Assembly (NCBI RefSeq): GCF_001194135.2
Contig: NC_068992.1
Coordinates: 5,138,710-5,202,709, forward strand
Direction: 5' to 3'
DNA from: Octopus bimaculoides
Lineage: Eukaryota
DNA length: 64,000 bases
In this document: positions 40,341 through 54,624 of the stretch, in pieces
Position numbering within the stretch: the stretch's first letter is position 1
How the letters are laid out: each line of letters begins with the position of its first letter
Notes under the pieces: generated by a model
Seen by the model: only the letters and a program-made list of their open reading frames with translations
The model's database searches: none
What the model was told of the DNA's origin: nothing
Position numbers and translations under genes: made by a program

Positions 40341-40899
40341 TACATATACATATATATATATATATATATAATTGTATATATACAGAAACACACACAACCG
40401 GCACCACGCACGTGCAAGAACACACACACACACACACACACACANNNNNNNNNNNNNNNNNNNNNNNNNNNNNNNNNNNNNNNNNNNNNNNNNNNNNNNN
40501 NNNNNNNNNNNNNNNNNNNNNNNNNNNNNNNNNNNNNNNNNNNNNNNNNNNNNNNNNNNNNNNNNNNNNNNNNNNNNNNNNNNNNNNNNNNNNNNNNNNN
40601 NNNNNNNNNNNNNNNNNNNNNNNNNNNNNNNNNNNNNNNNNNNNNNNNNNNNNNNNNNNNNNNNNNNNNNNNNNNNNNNNNNNNNNNNNNNNNNNNNNNN
40701 NNNNNNNNNNNNNNNNNNNNNNNNNNNNNNNNNNNNNNNNNNNNNAAAAAAAAAAAAAAGCAAAGGTGGTAGTGATGGTTCGGATTCTAATATAGGTCTT
40801 AATAGTAATGAGAAGGATAGAGTTTTGTTTGGCCTTGTGATTATAAAAACAAAGAAAATTATTTATTCGCAAATTTTTGTTAAATTTAGTGAAGTAGGT

Positions 40900-41260
40900 T
40901 ATCTAGTTAAAGTCATTTCTTAGGGTAATGATTACGTTTATATTGTTCCTCTGCTTGTTATATTAAGAAAAGGGTTTTGAATCATTTCCATTCTTTTAGG
41001 AACAGAAGTAGGGCTTCTTATACTCGTCTTAGCAATTTTATCTGGAATCTTAAAGATAATAGTAAATCGTTCTTTATTGAATAGAACGTTTTAGGGACGG
41101 GACCGGCTTATAAGATTCGTAATAGATTCTGCTCGTTTTGTTCTGAGGAATTATATTTGATTTTATTTGCGAGAGGAAAACTGCTAAATTCTGAACCTGA
41201 AAGAGGATTTTTCTGTATTCACAGGAATAATTGTGTGTTGAAAAAATTTTCGATAAGGAA
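40900..41260 (+). mobile_element. Penelope-like element, GIY-YIG C-terminal relic
   Basis: Plus strand HSFRNRSRASYTRLSNFIWNLKDNSKSFFIE*NVL...AYKIRNRFCSFCSEELYLILF...LLN...FCIHRNN. This matches the PLE pattern T.LS..IW.LK......W..L...Y......C.LC..EK..I.....LN.....C.H.N. Confidence 0.8.
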
Positions 41261-42197
41261 GTCCATTATGGGTGTTTTATATTGTCTTATTTTTGATTCA
41301 CCTGGTTTTTGGTTAACCGATTATTGAGAGTTTGATAATCACTGTTTCCCCCTTTGTATTTACTATTTAAGTAGGTTCCTCTCTGATTGTTTTTGTCTTT
41401 GCATTTGTTTTCGGTTTTCTACATTGCCATTATATATTACTTGGGTTTTATTTCTAGGTGAATTCTTTCCAGTGTTATATTCTTGATTTGGATATATATT
41501 CTAGTTTAATAAAACAATATAAGCACTCTTTAGATTATCACTTCTAAATTGACTTCTTAATGCTGTGATTTCAATAATCTATAGCTTATATATATACAGA
41601 GAAAAGTAGATAGATAAATAGATAGATATATAGATAGAAGTGTGTGTGTGTGTGTGTGTGTGTGTATCCGTCTGTGTGTGCTTGTATGCGTGAATATCAG
41701 ATGGCGTATGCCATGCATATGCGTGATATATCACTATTAACGTCTCATAAAATATCACGTTTCCGGTATCTTTTGCGAAAGAGCTAACTGGCACTATGAC
41801 TCGTATACGTAAAGGTTATGTATTTGACTTAAATATTGCAAACACTACATTTACATACTCTAATTAAATGGGAAAATGCGAGTAAGGGAAATAATGTTCT
41901 TAAGATTATAATCTTCGAAAAGTACAGGACTACGTCATCAGAAAAGGTACATTGAAAAGCAATACTTCAGTTTGGTAACGGCCATTAGCTGAAACCAGTA
42001 ACTGTACACACATACACACACACATACACGCACGCACTTTATTTATATATATATATATATATATATTCGGAAGAAATGGAGGTTTCTCCTTGCAGTCTCT
42101 TGACGATCATTCTGCTTAAATTTTCGTAGGCCAATCCAACACATTTACGAAAATAATAATACGCAGAGATTATGTTAGTCGCAACAAGTGTAAAATT

Positions 42198-42237
42198 ATG
42201 GGTAGACAACTGCTTGGTGTGATCCTGTTATTTGCAG
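42198..42237 (+). CDS. Candidate first coding exon encoding a signal-peptide-like stretch (MGRQLLGVILLFA, phase-1 donor)
   Basis: aattATGG start context, hydrophobic core and consensus donor CAG|GTAAGA. There is no independent support, and an out-of-frame ATG lies 26 nt upstream. Confidence 0.3.
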
Positions 42238-43659
42238 GTAAGAAAGTACTCGTGACTTCGACATAGAAATATATTCTTCCATACAGATACCCGCACAATA
42301 TCCTGCACACACGGCGTTTGTGAATAGTAGCCATTTATTGTAGTTATTATAAAGTCGGGCGGAAACCATACCATCACCTTGAGAATATATAGTATCATAA
42401 TTACTCATGTAAAATATATATATATACACACATTTGCGCCTACATACACAGGTATACATATTGGTTTTCAATATTATGTTTTATGTTGAGTGAGGTATAA
42501 CAATACTATATAACTGAAACTGTTTTCTTCTGAATCTCTCAAATGTTGAATTAATTATTTCTAGAATCTGCCCTTGAGACGTCTTGAGGAACCACTCTAC
42601 TACTAATTACATAATTGTCATACTTCTTTAGATCATATCAAAAATTATTAATGTTGTTTTGTTATTATTATGTCAACGTTGACATATCGGTTAAAATTCG
42701 ATTAGGGTAACTCATCTTGGAATATGAAAAGATATGGAGATAATGAGTGTATTTATTGATTTCGATTTTATTACAATTCATCTACGTCACATACATAATT
42801 CTTTCGTTCTCCTGCTGTCAGTCCTCAGGCCTTTCTTCCATGCGGTGTAAATGATACTTAATTATTCATATACATCCTCAACAGTAACGTATACATCGTT
42901 TACCGAGTTATGAAAGTTCACCTCCTGCTAAATATATCTATAAAGAGTAATACTGCAAACAATCTTTATTTTTACGCGATAATTGATAGCTATGGTAAAA
43001 GACGATGTACGTTGTATTGAATATTAGACATCTCTAACGTTTCAGAACGACCTTCGACCGTTGACCGCAGCAAAGCTTATAAGCTATTAATAAATGGTTC
43101 ATTAGTAAACTTACTGGACAGTTCGCCGTAACGCTTTGGATAATTTCATATTAATTTCAATCGAACAAAAATAATATCCGACGAGAAATTAATCATTTTA
43201 TGAGTAGAGAATTTCCTAATTTTCCATTCTGTATAATACAGTTCAAATATGTTGTCCTCAATATGATATTAAATTAATTTTTGCTCACGTAATTTTTCAT
43301 AATATCAAATCTGTTACAGCTATATAACTTAAAGCATTATACTCATCTGCAGAAAAAGAGAGGTCTATACTGTAGAATACGGTGATGAATATATTTTAGT
43401 CCATGTTACAAAACAAAATGGAAAACACACGTTTCAAATTCAAATTCGGGTATGTAACAGTATCCTCGTAACATTCACAGGAATGGTCTCGTGTCAAAAA
43501 ATTTTAATTAACTTTTAGTTTCCCGTGTCTATTTTTTAAAGACTTTCCCTCCCATTAACGTATTATCTTTTACCTGTTTCGAACGTTACACTGTGACTAT
43601 GCTTGTGCGCCGCCTTTTACAAATTTTAATTGAATTAATGGGGCCCACTTCTCTCAGAC

Positions 43660-43945
43660 TCTGTAACGAAACGCCAAGTTACAGAGATGTAAGTACACCG
43701 ACACTGATTGTCAAGCAAGGATGAAGGGCAAAAAGGGACACGAGTACGTGCACATACGCATGCGCGCACTCAAATACATAAATACGCAATGGAATCCCTT
43801 GAGTTTCTCTGTACCAAATCCACTCAGGAGGCTTTGGTCGGCCGAGTCTAATATAGAAGTCCTTTTTTGGACAAGGTGCCAGCAATGGAAGCGAAGCCAG
43901 ATCCACGTGGTGGTGAAGCAGATCTAGTTTCACGTTTTTTACTAC
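43660..43945 (-). mobile_element. SINE type B, largely complete, degenerate
   Basis: taccaaatccactcaggaggctttggtcggcc...caaggtgcca and gttacagagatgtaagtacaccgacactgattgtcaagc are the reverse complement of the type B fragments elsewhere in the window. Confidence 0.8.
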
Positions 43946-43979
43946 AATACGGCTGTCCCAGTTTGTTCCTACCTTCTAT

Positions 43980-44001
43980 TTCACACACACAAACTCACAC
44001 T

Positions 44002-44075
<74 letters not shown>
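43980..44075. repeat. (CA)n-(TA)n microsatellite
   Basis: Direct repeats. Confidence 0.95.
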
Positions 44076-44076
<1 letters not shown>

Positions 44077-47000
44077 CTAGGTGGATATCTTTTTGTGTAG
44101 TTGATGTTCATGTATATTCGATGTAGTACACACGCCTTGATTCTACATTTTGAATCATTTCTTTGAGACGTGAACCAAAAGCTATCTCGACAAGTAAGAA
44201 TTCTAGAAATTATGCATTGTCAAGTCCTTATATGTATAAGAAAATTTAAAAAAAACGCAATTGTCATATGAGTTCTTCAACGAGAATACCTTCTAAAGAA
44301 TAGTAAATAATTCTGAAGAAATCAAGGCACATTTCAAAATGTAACAATGCAATGACACTCTGATTCGTTACAATATATATCAGGCTTATATTGTCATTTA
44401 TCTTTTTACGATTCTCGTAGAAGCTTGTTGAATTAACTATAGGCAGCTTTTAATCGAAACATATGACTGAGATCTGATTATATTTTTCTTTTTGTCAATA
44501 GAATGTTTCTCTGATGACAAGTTACTATAGCAACCTGTCGAACAGCGAAATATCTCTGACTCAAAGGGAAAAATTAAAATAGTTATGGAACCTAAGTTGG
44601 CAATCACTGACATTGACATCAATACATTTTCAATCCAAATGGCATGTGGCAGTGAAAGTTCAGCGAGGTTAAAATCAATTGACTTTGCTCGATCGAATAT
44701 ACCTAAACCCAATATCGAATCTTCAAACTCGTATTATTTTAATTTCTACACGAAATGCGTTTATAATTTTGCATTCCACACCCTCGTGCATATTTAATAT
44801 AATGTAGTGTTCACCAGTTCTATAATGTTGGTCTTACTGCGAAACGACAGATAAAGTCTTCGTTTCTCCTGCCATTTGCACCTGACATATATGCTAACTT
44901 GTATTGATTCATTTTCCTTCTCTCTTTCGATGTTCTGTTTAATAATAGAGGCCATGGGTTCTGCGAGTACCATACATATTCATTTTATGTGCAACAAAAT
45001 GGTATATAAAGAATTTTGATAATATCTGTCTTAAATTAAAATCCCATGCTACCCGAAACCGTATAAAAGATTGTAGGTACAATAGGTATATGCTTATACC
45101 TACCTATCCACCTTTGCATATACACGCACACACATACATGCACACATCTATATATATGCGTGTGTATATGTGTATATGTTTAATTTTAAGATATATTCGC
45201 ACGCGCACGAGTGCGTGCGTCTGTGTGTGTGCGAAGTTGTTACTGTCTATGCGTTTTTGTAAGAGCTTTAGTGTGTGACGTTGATATTAACCGTTAGATA
45301 TTTTCACTTAAAATATAAGTGCACGGCTCCTTAAAATATACTTTGAAATATATTAGAGTTAGTGAAGAATCAACGTCATAAACCGAAATAAATACACTCG
45401 GAAACGAATAAACTATACAATATCACGATATCTTTTTTATCTGTGATTTTTAGTATATGTATATATGTATATATAATCATGTAAGTATGTGTATATAAAT
45501 ATGTATGTCTGTGTGTGTGTATATATATTCGGATCAATTCTTTGAGCGTTGTACACTATAAAATATGAATGAATAAACATTGAAAACTGGATACGTTTAA
45601 AAGTTTTAGCTTCATTATAACACTGACACCCTATTGTACAGATCCAATTTGAAAGACAATATATCATATTCATTTATAATATTTTGGATCACACCAACTG
45701 GACATATTAGGCATGTTTTGTGAAAAAGAAATCAACGAAAGCTCTTTTACTAGATTATATTATAGAACATTACTTCTTTCGATAGTATTCTCGTAAATTA
45801 ATGTCAGTTGGATTAACTTGCTGTGTTTTGTGTATATGTTCAAATATCAAACTATCACATCATTCATCACTGGCACTATTCTCAGTATTATAATTGTATA
45901 TATTTCATTTCAAAAGCTGCATTGAGAGGAGACAGAGGGATAGAGAGGACACAAGAGGCACTGACATCAGAGAGAAAACAGTTATTTACACACTAAATAT
46001 TCTAGTGTATGATGATTGTTCCAAACTGGCGTTAAGTTGGTTGAACGCTACTCAAGAGAAAACTTGGATATTGTGTAGCGCCTGATGGTTTATTTATTGC
46101 TTCAATAGATAGAATATATATTTTATTTTCTTTCATTTTCTCAAATAGAAAAATAACCACTGTTGCTTTTCAGCTATAAAATGAAACCCGATATATTTCG
46201 GCCATTAATTGCATTATACAGTTCAGTCGGAATGTTTGGATTTTACATCAGAAACACTGACCTCTCTATTTCTCTAAGGCCAATTTTGTTTATACCTTTA
46301 GCTTTTGTTGCGAAATAAGCCATCGTCATAACCAATCCATAATTCTGTATTTGTTATTTCCATCTGTGAAGGCATGTGTGTGCGGGAATATGTGTCTACA
46401 TTACAATTTTATGTGTGTACGAATATCTAAACGTAGTGCAGTTTATTAGCACTGTTTATCACCATGCATTACTTTAAAAGGGTAATTGTTACACTGTATG
46501 TAGTCACATGAAGCTTAGAGTTCTATTTCTATTTCAGATTTATTGTTCGAAGCTTTTACATGTTGCTATTTGATTTTGAGAGTCTATAGCTAATGATCGG
46601 GCGAAATGATCAGATTCAAATCTACCTTTGCATCGTTCTCGCTGCTTGTCATCGCTCTAGATTCATACAAAGTTAATGCAACGTCGACGATTGTAAGGAA
46701 GCTAAACATATTACACTTTTTGATCTTTGATATAAACTCTATAGGAAACTTCTTAATGGACAAATAACACACCAACTGTGTTTGTCTGTTTGGTGAGTGT
46801 TGACATAATCATTCATATGACAATGCTGTATGGAGACACACTCACTATGCACCACAGTTTTATATCAGGTAATGTACGTGGAAATGGCAGAATTAATTAC
46901 GTTTTCATAGAGTAGCATACTTGATAGATATCTTATTATCACTAAAAGTAATAGAATCATTGAAATCATACTTGTAGCAGTTTCACATATATTTGTAAGT

Positions 47001-50000
47001 ACGCCTAGTGTTCATTATCTGTAAACACGTACTGAGTCATTGAAAATGGATATTAGTTTTCTGGCGAAAATGTGGAAAATGATGCCATTCTAACTTTCAG
47101 TCGTTCGAAGTTATAACGAAAAATTAATTTGAGACAACGTTCAGTAGCTCTGATTTCGAACTAGTATAATTTGTATTGTGTTGTTGATGTATTTAAATAT
47201 ATTATAAAATATTAAACCGCATTTCCGCACATGTAAACTTGTTACTTCTTACCTATTTCGCAAGTATTATGAATGCAGAAACGGTAAGTGAAACAGCAAG
47301 AAATTAAATGAGAAAATCTGACGCTCATTTAAATCTATGTTACATATGAACAGCATAATTATAATAAATATGTTAGTATATGAACAAAGTATAAAAACAA
47401 AAACCTTTACACCAAAACCCTTTATTCACAGAGCAAACATCTTTCACGCGCTTATGAAGAATAAGATTCCTAGTGGCAAATGATTCCTCTAGTTGTTACA
47501 TAGGAATGATATAAATGTATAACCCAGTAGTTTGAGAAATATGTTCAGGAATCTGAATGCCCTTCAGATATGTATTTCAATAGGAACAATTAGCGTGACA
47601 TTGGCGCAGTATATACCAGGTCATGAGAGGTGGGACACTTGGTAAAAATTTGTCACAGGATTTCCATCGAATACAGCAAAGTAGCAGAACAGATCAACTT
47701 GCCAGGATTAATTGGCAAGTTGAGAATAACACCTTTGGTACTAATTCCCACTCAGACTTAACTAGTGATATTTAATGTCCTCGAAATCATTACAAAGACA
47801 ATGCGTTAAACTCATTAAACTATCCTAACGAATATTATATTTTCGTATACTCATTATATATGAACCTTAGTAAAAAATTAAGTATGAACTATTTCTATAC
47901 ATTTTCCCGTGAATCATGTTGAAACTGCTTCAGCGATAGTTCCCGTGGTCAATTAGTATTTGGGGAATTTTTAGCAAACACACATAGACAGGTGATAAGG
48001 CCTGTGTTGATCAGACCGCAATTGTAACGTTAGTACAGACAATGCAGGTTTTAAACCTGTTAATCCAGAGTCGGTTTAAAGCAAAATTTACCACGATATA
48101 CAACTTGACGAGTTTTCAAACAGTGACACCTGTGATGATTTTCCAGTTTCTGCAGAGCGATTGATACGTAAGTGTTCTATCTAACTTCAATTGGACCATG
48201 TGTTTGCCCCTACTAATTGCTTCTGCATAACCCCACAAGCTCAGCAGATTTAATTCTTGGCCCTCATTTGTCACCTGACACCGCTCATTATAATAAATAT
48301 AGAACAAAATGAACTGCTTGAATACATTTGAGATCCATACCATACCAGACGATTACCATTTTGAGGGAACAGGTTCATAGATCTTTACCAGTTTCTCAGG
48401 CTTCAATTTCAGCCTCCAGTTATGTGCGATTCCTAGAAGTCGCAAGGTTTCTTTTCTTTCAGCTTTTATCTTAATACCATTATGAGAGGTTTTTCTATGT
48501 TTCAAATCACGGAATTACAAGACAAAACAGCACAGTTGACGTAAATGAATTTTTAAGGCGGAGCGTCAAACTCTTGATTCAACCATTGAGGATGATAACC
48601 CTCTAGCTCCTAGGAAACATTAGCGTTTTCCACTCGATTATTCCGTCAGTTATCTGATAACTCTCGACAATGGATTTTGGTATCTTTTCCACGACGAGTA
48701 AGCAAAGTATCCCTGCGGCGGGAGGATGGATGCTGCTAAATCCAGGCAGTTTACTTCCTTTCGAATGATATATGTTTATCTGAATACGTTTATCTGTACG
48801 TACGTCATTCTCTGTGTTTCTGTCTTTGTTCCACCCTACATATATATGCGTGTGTGCGCGCGCGCGTGTTAGTCTACACAAACAAATGCCAAACGTACTG
48901 ATATATATGTAATTTCATGGAGGTTTCTATACAAATCTAAATACATAGATAGTAGACTGTTAGTCATGAGTGTGAGCAGAGATAGCAGGGGGGAGAGAGG
49001 GAGAGAGGGAGAAAGAGATTTACTGTTTATATATGTGTAAATGCGTAAGTTGCTTAAATTACCCCAAACATCTAAGATGGAGTTGAATTATGATGCAAAA
49101 CTATGATTGGCAACGCCATGCAATCGACTGAAGTAGTATATTGCCGCCAAGAATGTTCGATGTTAAATATCGTAAATATCATGTATAAAGAATGGAAACT
49201 TAATCAGATGCTTTTTTTTTCTCTCTAGGGCTTTTACCTTCAGAAGCTGGACATAAGGATGTTCATATAAACTAAATATTGCAAGAAATTTCTGACATGA
49301 TGTGTTTGATCTTGCCATCTCATATGATGGAAATTTGTTTATATAAATGCAATACTTGACTCTCTTGATGTAGCTTTATGCTTAATGGGATTTTATTGAA
49401 AATAATAAATGTTGCCGTATCAGGTATGTTTTATTCATTTTTCTTTCAACTTTGTTTAGCTATACCGTTCGTATGATTTTTTTCTCCGTGTATTTGTAAT
49501 GATTGAAAATTGTGACGTCGTCTTCTCCAGCTGTCAATATTTTATAATTTTGATATTTCCACTAGAGAGAATCCAATAACTCGCATATTAATAACAGTTA
49601 ATACGGAGTAAAAATAGTTTGCTTTCTTTTCTTAAATATTTACTAGTTTGCTATAAACATAAAAATTTGAGTTTTACATCTATATGCGTTGAAACAAAAT
49701 GGAGAGTACCGTCATACGCATTTTCAATACTTTTGTCTTTCTAAAATTAATCATTAACACGATGACTATTATTTGCTAAGCAACACCGGTCAGTTTTCTT
49801 ATGGTAAATAGAGGTCGATATATATATATATTTAATAAATTTAGTATACTTATTGATATATTAATATTATCAATACTGATATCAATTATGAATGCAAAAT
49901 TATAGATTGCTTTCAGATATAACAGAATAAATTCGTTTATATACTGAGGTATATAACTATTAGTGTAAATGCTTATAATATTACAGTTGTATAGACTTAC

Positions 50001-51427
50001 TAATAGCATTCTTATCTTAATGCATTCTGAATATTAATATTTTGTCCTTCATAAGTTACATTACCCCATTGATACTAAATGGAAGCTGCAAACAAATGGC
50101 TGTTAACATAATGCCCCGTTAAAATAACGTACGAATAAACACATACACTAATCTAATTGCTAACATGCTGTAACCATTTTGTATCCTTCTAACGAATTTT
50201 ATATGTTTCTAGGATCATCAGGTTTTAGCTGTATTATACGTTAGACGGGATTTTCGAAATGTTGAATTAAAAATGATATTCTGACAATATTTAGAAAATT
50301 AGATATTAAGGATAGTGATTTTCTCATTATTGGGTTGCCTACAATTTGAATTAATATATGTTCTATAATAATTTCTGTTTTTAATTTTCTGAATTGTTAA
50401 TTCACCGGAAAGGATTTTAGATATATTTTTTCATCATATACAACTTAATAATGGGTAATATATTTCTATGAATTCTATGCGTAAATTTATGCTTATTTGA
50501 GAGCTCCGATATTTTTAAATATAAATGATCAAATATAATACTTTTCGGAAATTTGAATTGCGTATTGTATATTATATTCTCTTCAAATCTAATGCAGGTA
50601 TATATTCACAATTACATACTCATGTACTCACGTTCATAAGACATATGACATTTTCCGTTTAAAGTTCCGTAAAGGCGGAGATAAAAGAAAATAAGATCAA
50701 AGGTGGATATCATTTTAACGAAATCTAAACATTCAGCCACTGAATATGCTGGAACAACAAAGAACATCATATGAAATAGTTAAAAGTAGTAACAACTCAA
50801 CCGAATCGATGTCTGGGGAAGACATATTGAAACATTATTCTACTAATGTATATGGTATTACTTTAACATGATACATATAAATCTCCTATATCAATGTAAT
50901 GAAGAAGTACTCCTAGAAATGAATACAAGTAATCAATTTATTTAAAACTTGAAAATGTAATTGACGATTAGGAAATGCGTAAGAAAATAGTGTATATGAA
51001 AATTTAAATAAAATGTATTTAAATACATAATTATAATTTTAATAATGGTAGTGAAAAAGTTAGTAAAAACAACAGGAAAATATGCAGTCCTTAATGTTCC
51101 TCAAGTTTGCGCTAGGTCACATGGTCAGTGTGTTCATTCAACGGGAAGACAAAGCTGTGAGATTGAACTAGTAACCAGTAACGAATATACCTAATAAAAC
51201 ATGTGAACCTTTTATATCGCTGCGATTTACATGAAGGCAATAATGACTGAAATGCAATTTAGGATTTATGTGAAGTATATACCTTAAACAATAATCCATT
51301 ATATTGTCTATAGATAAACAAAAGTGGTTTAATATTGAAGAAAGACATATTTGTAACAAATGTATGAAATGTTTATGCTTGACAATAGAAAAACTAACAA
51401 AGGTGTTTTTAATATATCTTGAGATTC

Positions 51428-51661
51428 GTAGGGCGAGGAGCTGGCAGAATCTTTAGCAAGCCGGACGAAGTAGCTAGCGGTATTTCGTCTGCCTTTATGT
51501 TCTGAGTCCAAATACCGCCGAGGTTGACTTTGACTTTCATCCTTTCGGGGTCGATTAAATAAGTATTAGTTACGCACTGGGGTTGGTGTAATCGACTTAA
51601 TCCATTTGTCTGTCCTTGTTTGTCCCCTTTATGTTTAGCCCTCTGTGGGCAATAAAAAAAA
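51428..51661 (+). mobile_element. tRNA-derived SINE type A, full length, 12-bp TSD
   Basis: The perfect direct repeat atcttgagattc lies at 51416-51427 and 51662-51673. Head gggcgaggagctggcagaatctttagc, tail aataaaaaaaa. Confidence 0.95.
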
Positions 51662-53734
51662 ATCTTGAGATTCATTTCTTTTCTTTTTTTTAGATTTTTT
51701 GTTTCTCAGCTTTGACTTTCATTCTAATGCATATCTCTTTCAAAGAACTTCCATCATGTTGGGTATTTAAATTATTACTCTATCTTATCTGCACTTTTAC
51801 TTATTTTAGTCTTGTTGATATATTCATATCTTCTTTGAAAGCAATTGTATTAGACAGAAAACGCCAACTCTTAAATTGCAATTTCGATGTCAGTGCGTAA
51901 CGCAGATACATACACAGAAGAAATGGGTGACACCCATGCATAGTTTGTGACTGTGAACCTGAGTTTTCAGCATTTTACACGTCGGTTGTTGGCTGACAAC
52001 AGGATATATTAGACACTTTATAAAAGGTGACATACACAACAACTAGACATTGATTCACATGGGTGTGTATTGAAGTATTTAAGGAAGTAGGAATGGGTGT
52101 GTATTTGTCAAATGAAAATATGTCTGGCAGTACAGGCATATTTCTGTTCATGATTATGGTATTAATGCCGAACGCAATGACATTTCTCAGAAAAAAAGAA
52201 AAGGAAAAAGCTATATTAATAATTCCGTAGAATATACTTACCTAGGAATATTGCTAATATTCATAACGACAGATAGGTTACGATACGTTCTTAAGTATTT
52301 AACTTGTATTCATGCTGTTGATGTAAACAATCTTTGATACACCGAATTTATTTGTTGATTAATGTTGATAAAGTGTAACATTTAGTCAATGTGTATATTT
52401 ATACAAAACAAATGGATACATATGAAACGGCTTTATGTATGGCATGTACTTATTCCAATGTGATATCAATGAAAATAATCGCAAGCACCTGGAAGTAATA
52501 TTAATATTTATATATACTTTAGAATATAGAAGAAATTATCTTGCTGGAAATGAAAGCAATTTTATATTATTACAATGTCAATTCTGTAATTTTTTTTCTT
52601 TTGTGTGTGTTTATGTGTGTGGGGGGGTCAACGATAAACGGTAAAAATGACTTGTCTGATCAATCTTCAAATATAATACAGTTTTGTGGCTATGCTGACT
52701 TTATATTGAAATTGTTTTACAAGAAGTGAAAATTGTGGCTGGCCAAGAAATGAAACTCGTATAATATCAACATATTGCTAAATGTTATAAAACAATAAAA
52801 CAATATATTATCAAATATTGCGAAATATTCGCTTATATAGTTTGAAATAGAATAACATATTTAAACTTCTATCACATATGATTTTGATAGATTTTTATAT
52901 ATATCGTGAAGGCCATCGTGTTATTTCATTATTGAGGATAATTAATGCTTTACATTCTTATATTCAGTAAAATTTAAAAACATTGACGCACTGTAGGAAG
53001 AATTTACTCGTATAAATAGTAACATATCTTTAGCATTTGCAAGTAATTGAATACTTGCCATATAGAATTCATGTCATTCTTTAAAACCTGCGGTACTGCA
53101 TGTAGTCATACATATCTCTCCTATCTATATTTATTAAGTAATGATTGCATTGCTTGAATTAAGCAATAAACTGAGTTGCCGCAGCGTTGATGAAATTTTC
53201 GAAGCATTGCAGTGATTCCATAACCAGTGTTAAGCAAAGACAAACATTCTCAAACAGAATATTTACCCTGAATTCTCGAAAATGTTTAGGATGAGTTAAA
53301 TGCAGCATATCTGCTTTTATAAGATCATTTTGTGGGTTTTCTTCAATGATCCAAACTCCTCTGAAGTGTATGTGTGGCTGACAAATCGTTTTCATAACTA
53401 TGTTGTGGGTTCTTATATATCTGATTTTACTGCAAAACATATTGATCAACTACTTTAACGTACAGTCGGGGAGATTCAAGCATTTTGATGGAAATTAGAA
53501 TACAGAAAATGTGTAGCAATGTTCATTTAATTAAAATTTCCAGCCTTTCACTAGTGTAGCACGTTATGTCTGTTTGAAAATTACTCCACGGGTATGATTT
53601 TTTCTCTGGAATAATATACTATTTTGCAAATTAATTTAAGAATTACTCTGTCATGTGCATAGAACAACAAGTGAATTGTTTGTCGAAATCTGGTGGCGAA
53701 TTCTTACAGCCACAAGAAATGTTTCTAAGATTAT

Positions 53735-53843
<109 letters not shown>

Positions 53844-54589
53844 AGCAGATGTGTTTTTATGAGTGCGTTTGGACTTGTACTTTTATGCATGAATATACGT
53901 GTATGTGTTTATAGATGTGTGTTTATGTGCCTAATGGACGTCCAAGCAATTTAACAATAATATTCATAATTATATTGATGACGCCAAATGGTCGATTAAT
54001 AGCCATTCAGAAATTCCTAGGTTACATGATAACCAAATGTCATGTGTTGGGGTGTGTGAGAGGAATTCTTACCTTAGTTTCTGCCAATATGACTCTAACA
54101 GATGACCAATTAGTAGTCGCTTTCGTTATGAACCGAAGTGTAATTAAGCTGCTGGCCAGTCAATTGTGATTAAGTGTAGTTGCTTTCTACCATCTAAATC
54201 GTCTTCAAATCATTACCGGTCACGTGGCTTGATTATTTCATTGAAATATCGTTGGAATCAATAGTGTTCATAGGCCGGTTAATCATTATATGAAGAATAA
54301 ATTTTTGTGGTAATTGAACCTAAGTGTATCCAGCTTATATTACAGGCTACCAATCCACCAGAATTGGAACAGAGACGCCATAACAATTTTAGACAATCCA
54401 GGCTGGAGACTTTTACATAAGATGAATAATAATTTATTCTGACTTTACTAAGAGCAATAAACTGCTCTTCTTGTATATAAAAATGAATTTCTAGTGTGTA
54501 CACAACAACGGAGAACAAACTCTTCGAAATTGAATGAAATTATATATATATACATGCATACATACATATATATACATATATATATACAT

Positions 54590-54624
<35 letters not shown>

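Noticed and set aside
44437-44730. Minus-strand 98-codon frame resembling GPCR TM1-TM2 (VIANLGSITIL...STGCYSNLS)
   Set aside because: It lacks the GN and LA.AD motifs and a start or acceptor. Frames of this length are expected by chance in 64 kb, and it overlaps the plus-strand candidate.
51075-51193. Peptide ARSHGQCVHSTGRQSCEIEL resembling a Cys-loop or EGF segment
   Set aside because: The second cysteine and FPFD motif are absent, a stop follows, and there are no convincing splice sites.
51428-51520. tRNA gene
   Set aside because: The A- and B-box-like motifs belong to SINE heads; there is no cloverleaf or T-tract terminator.
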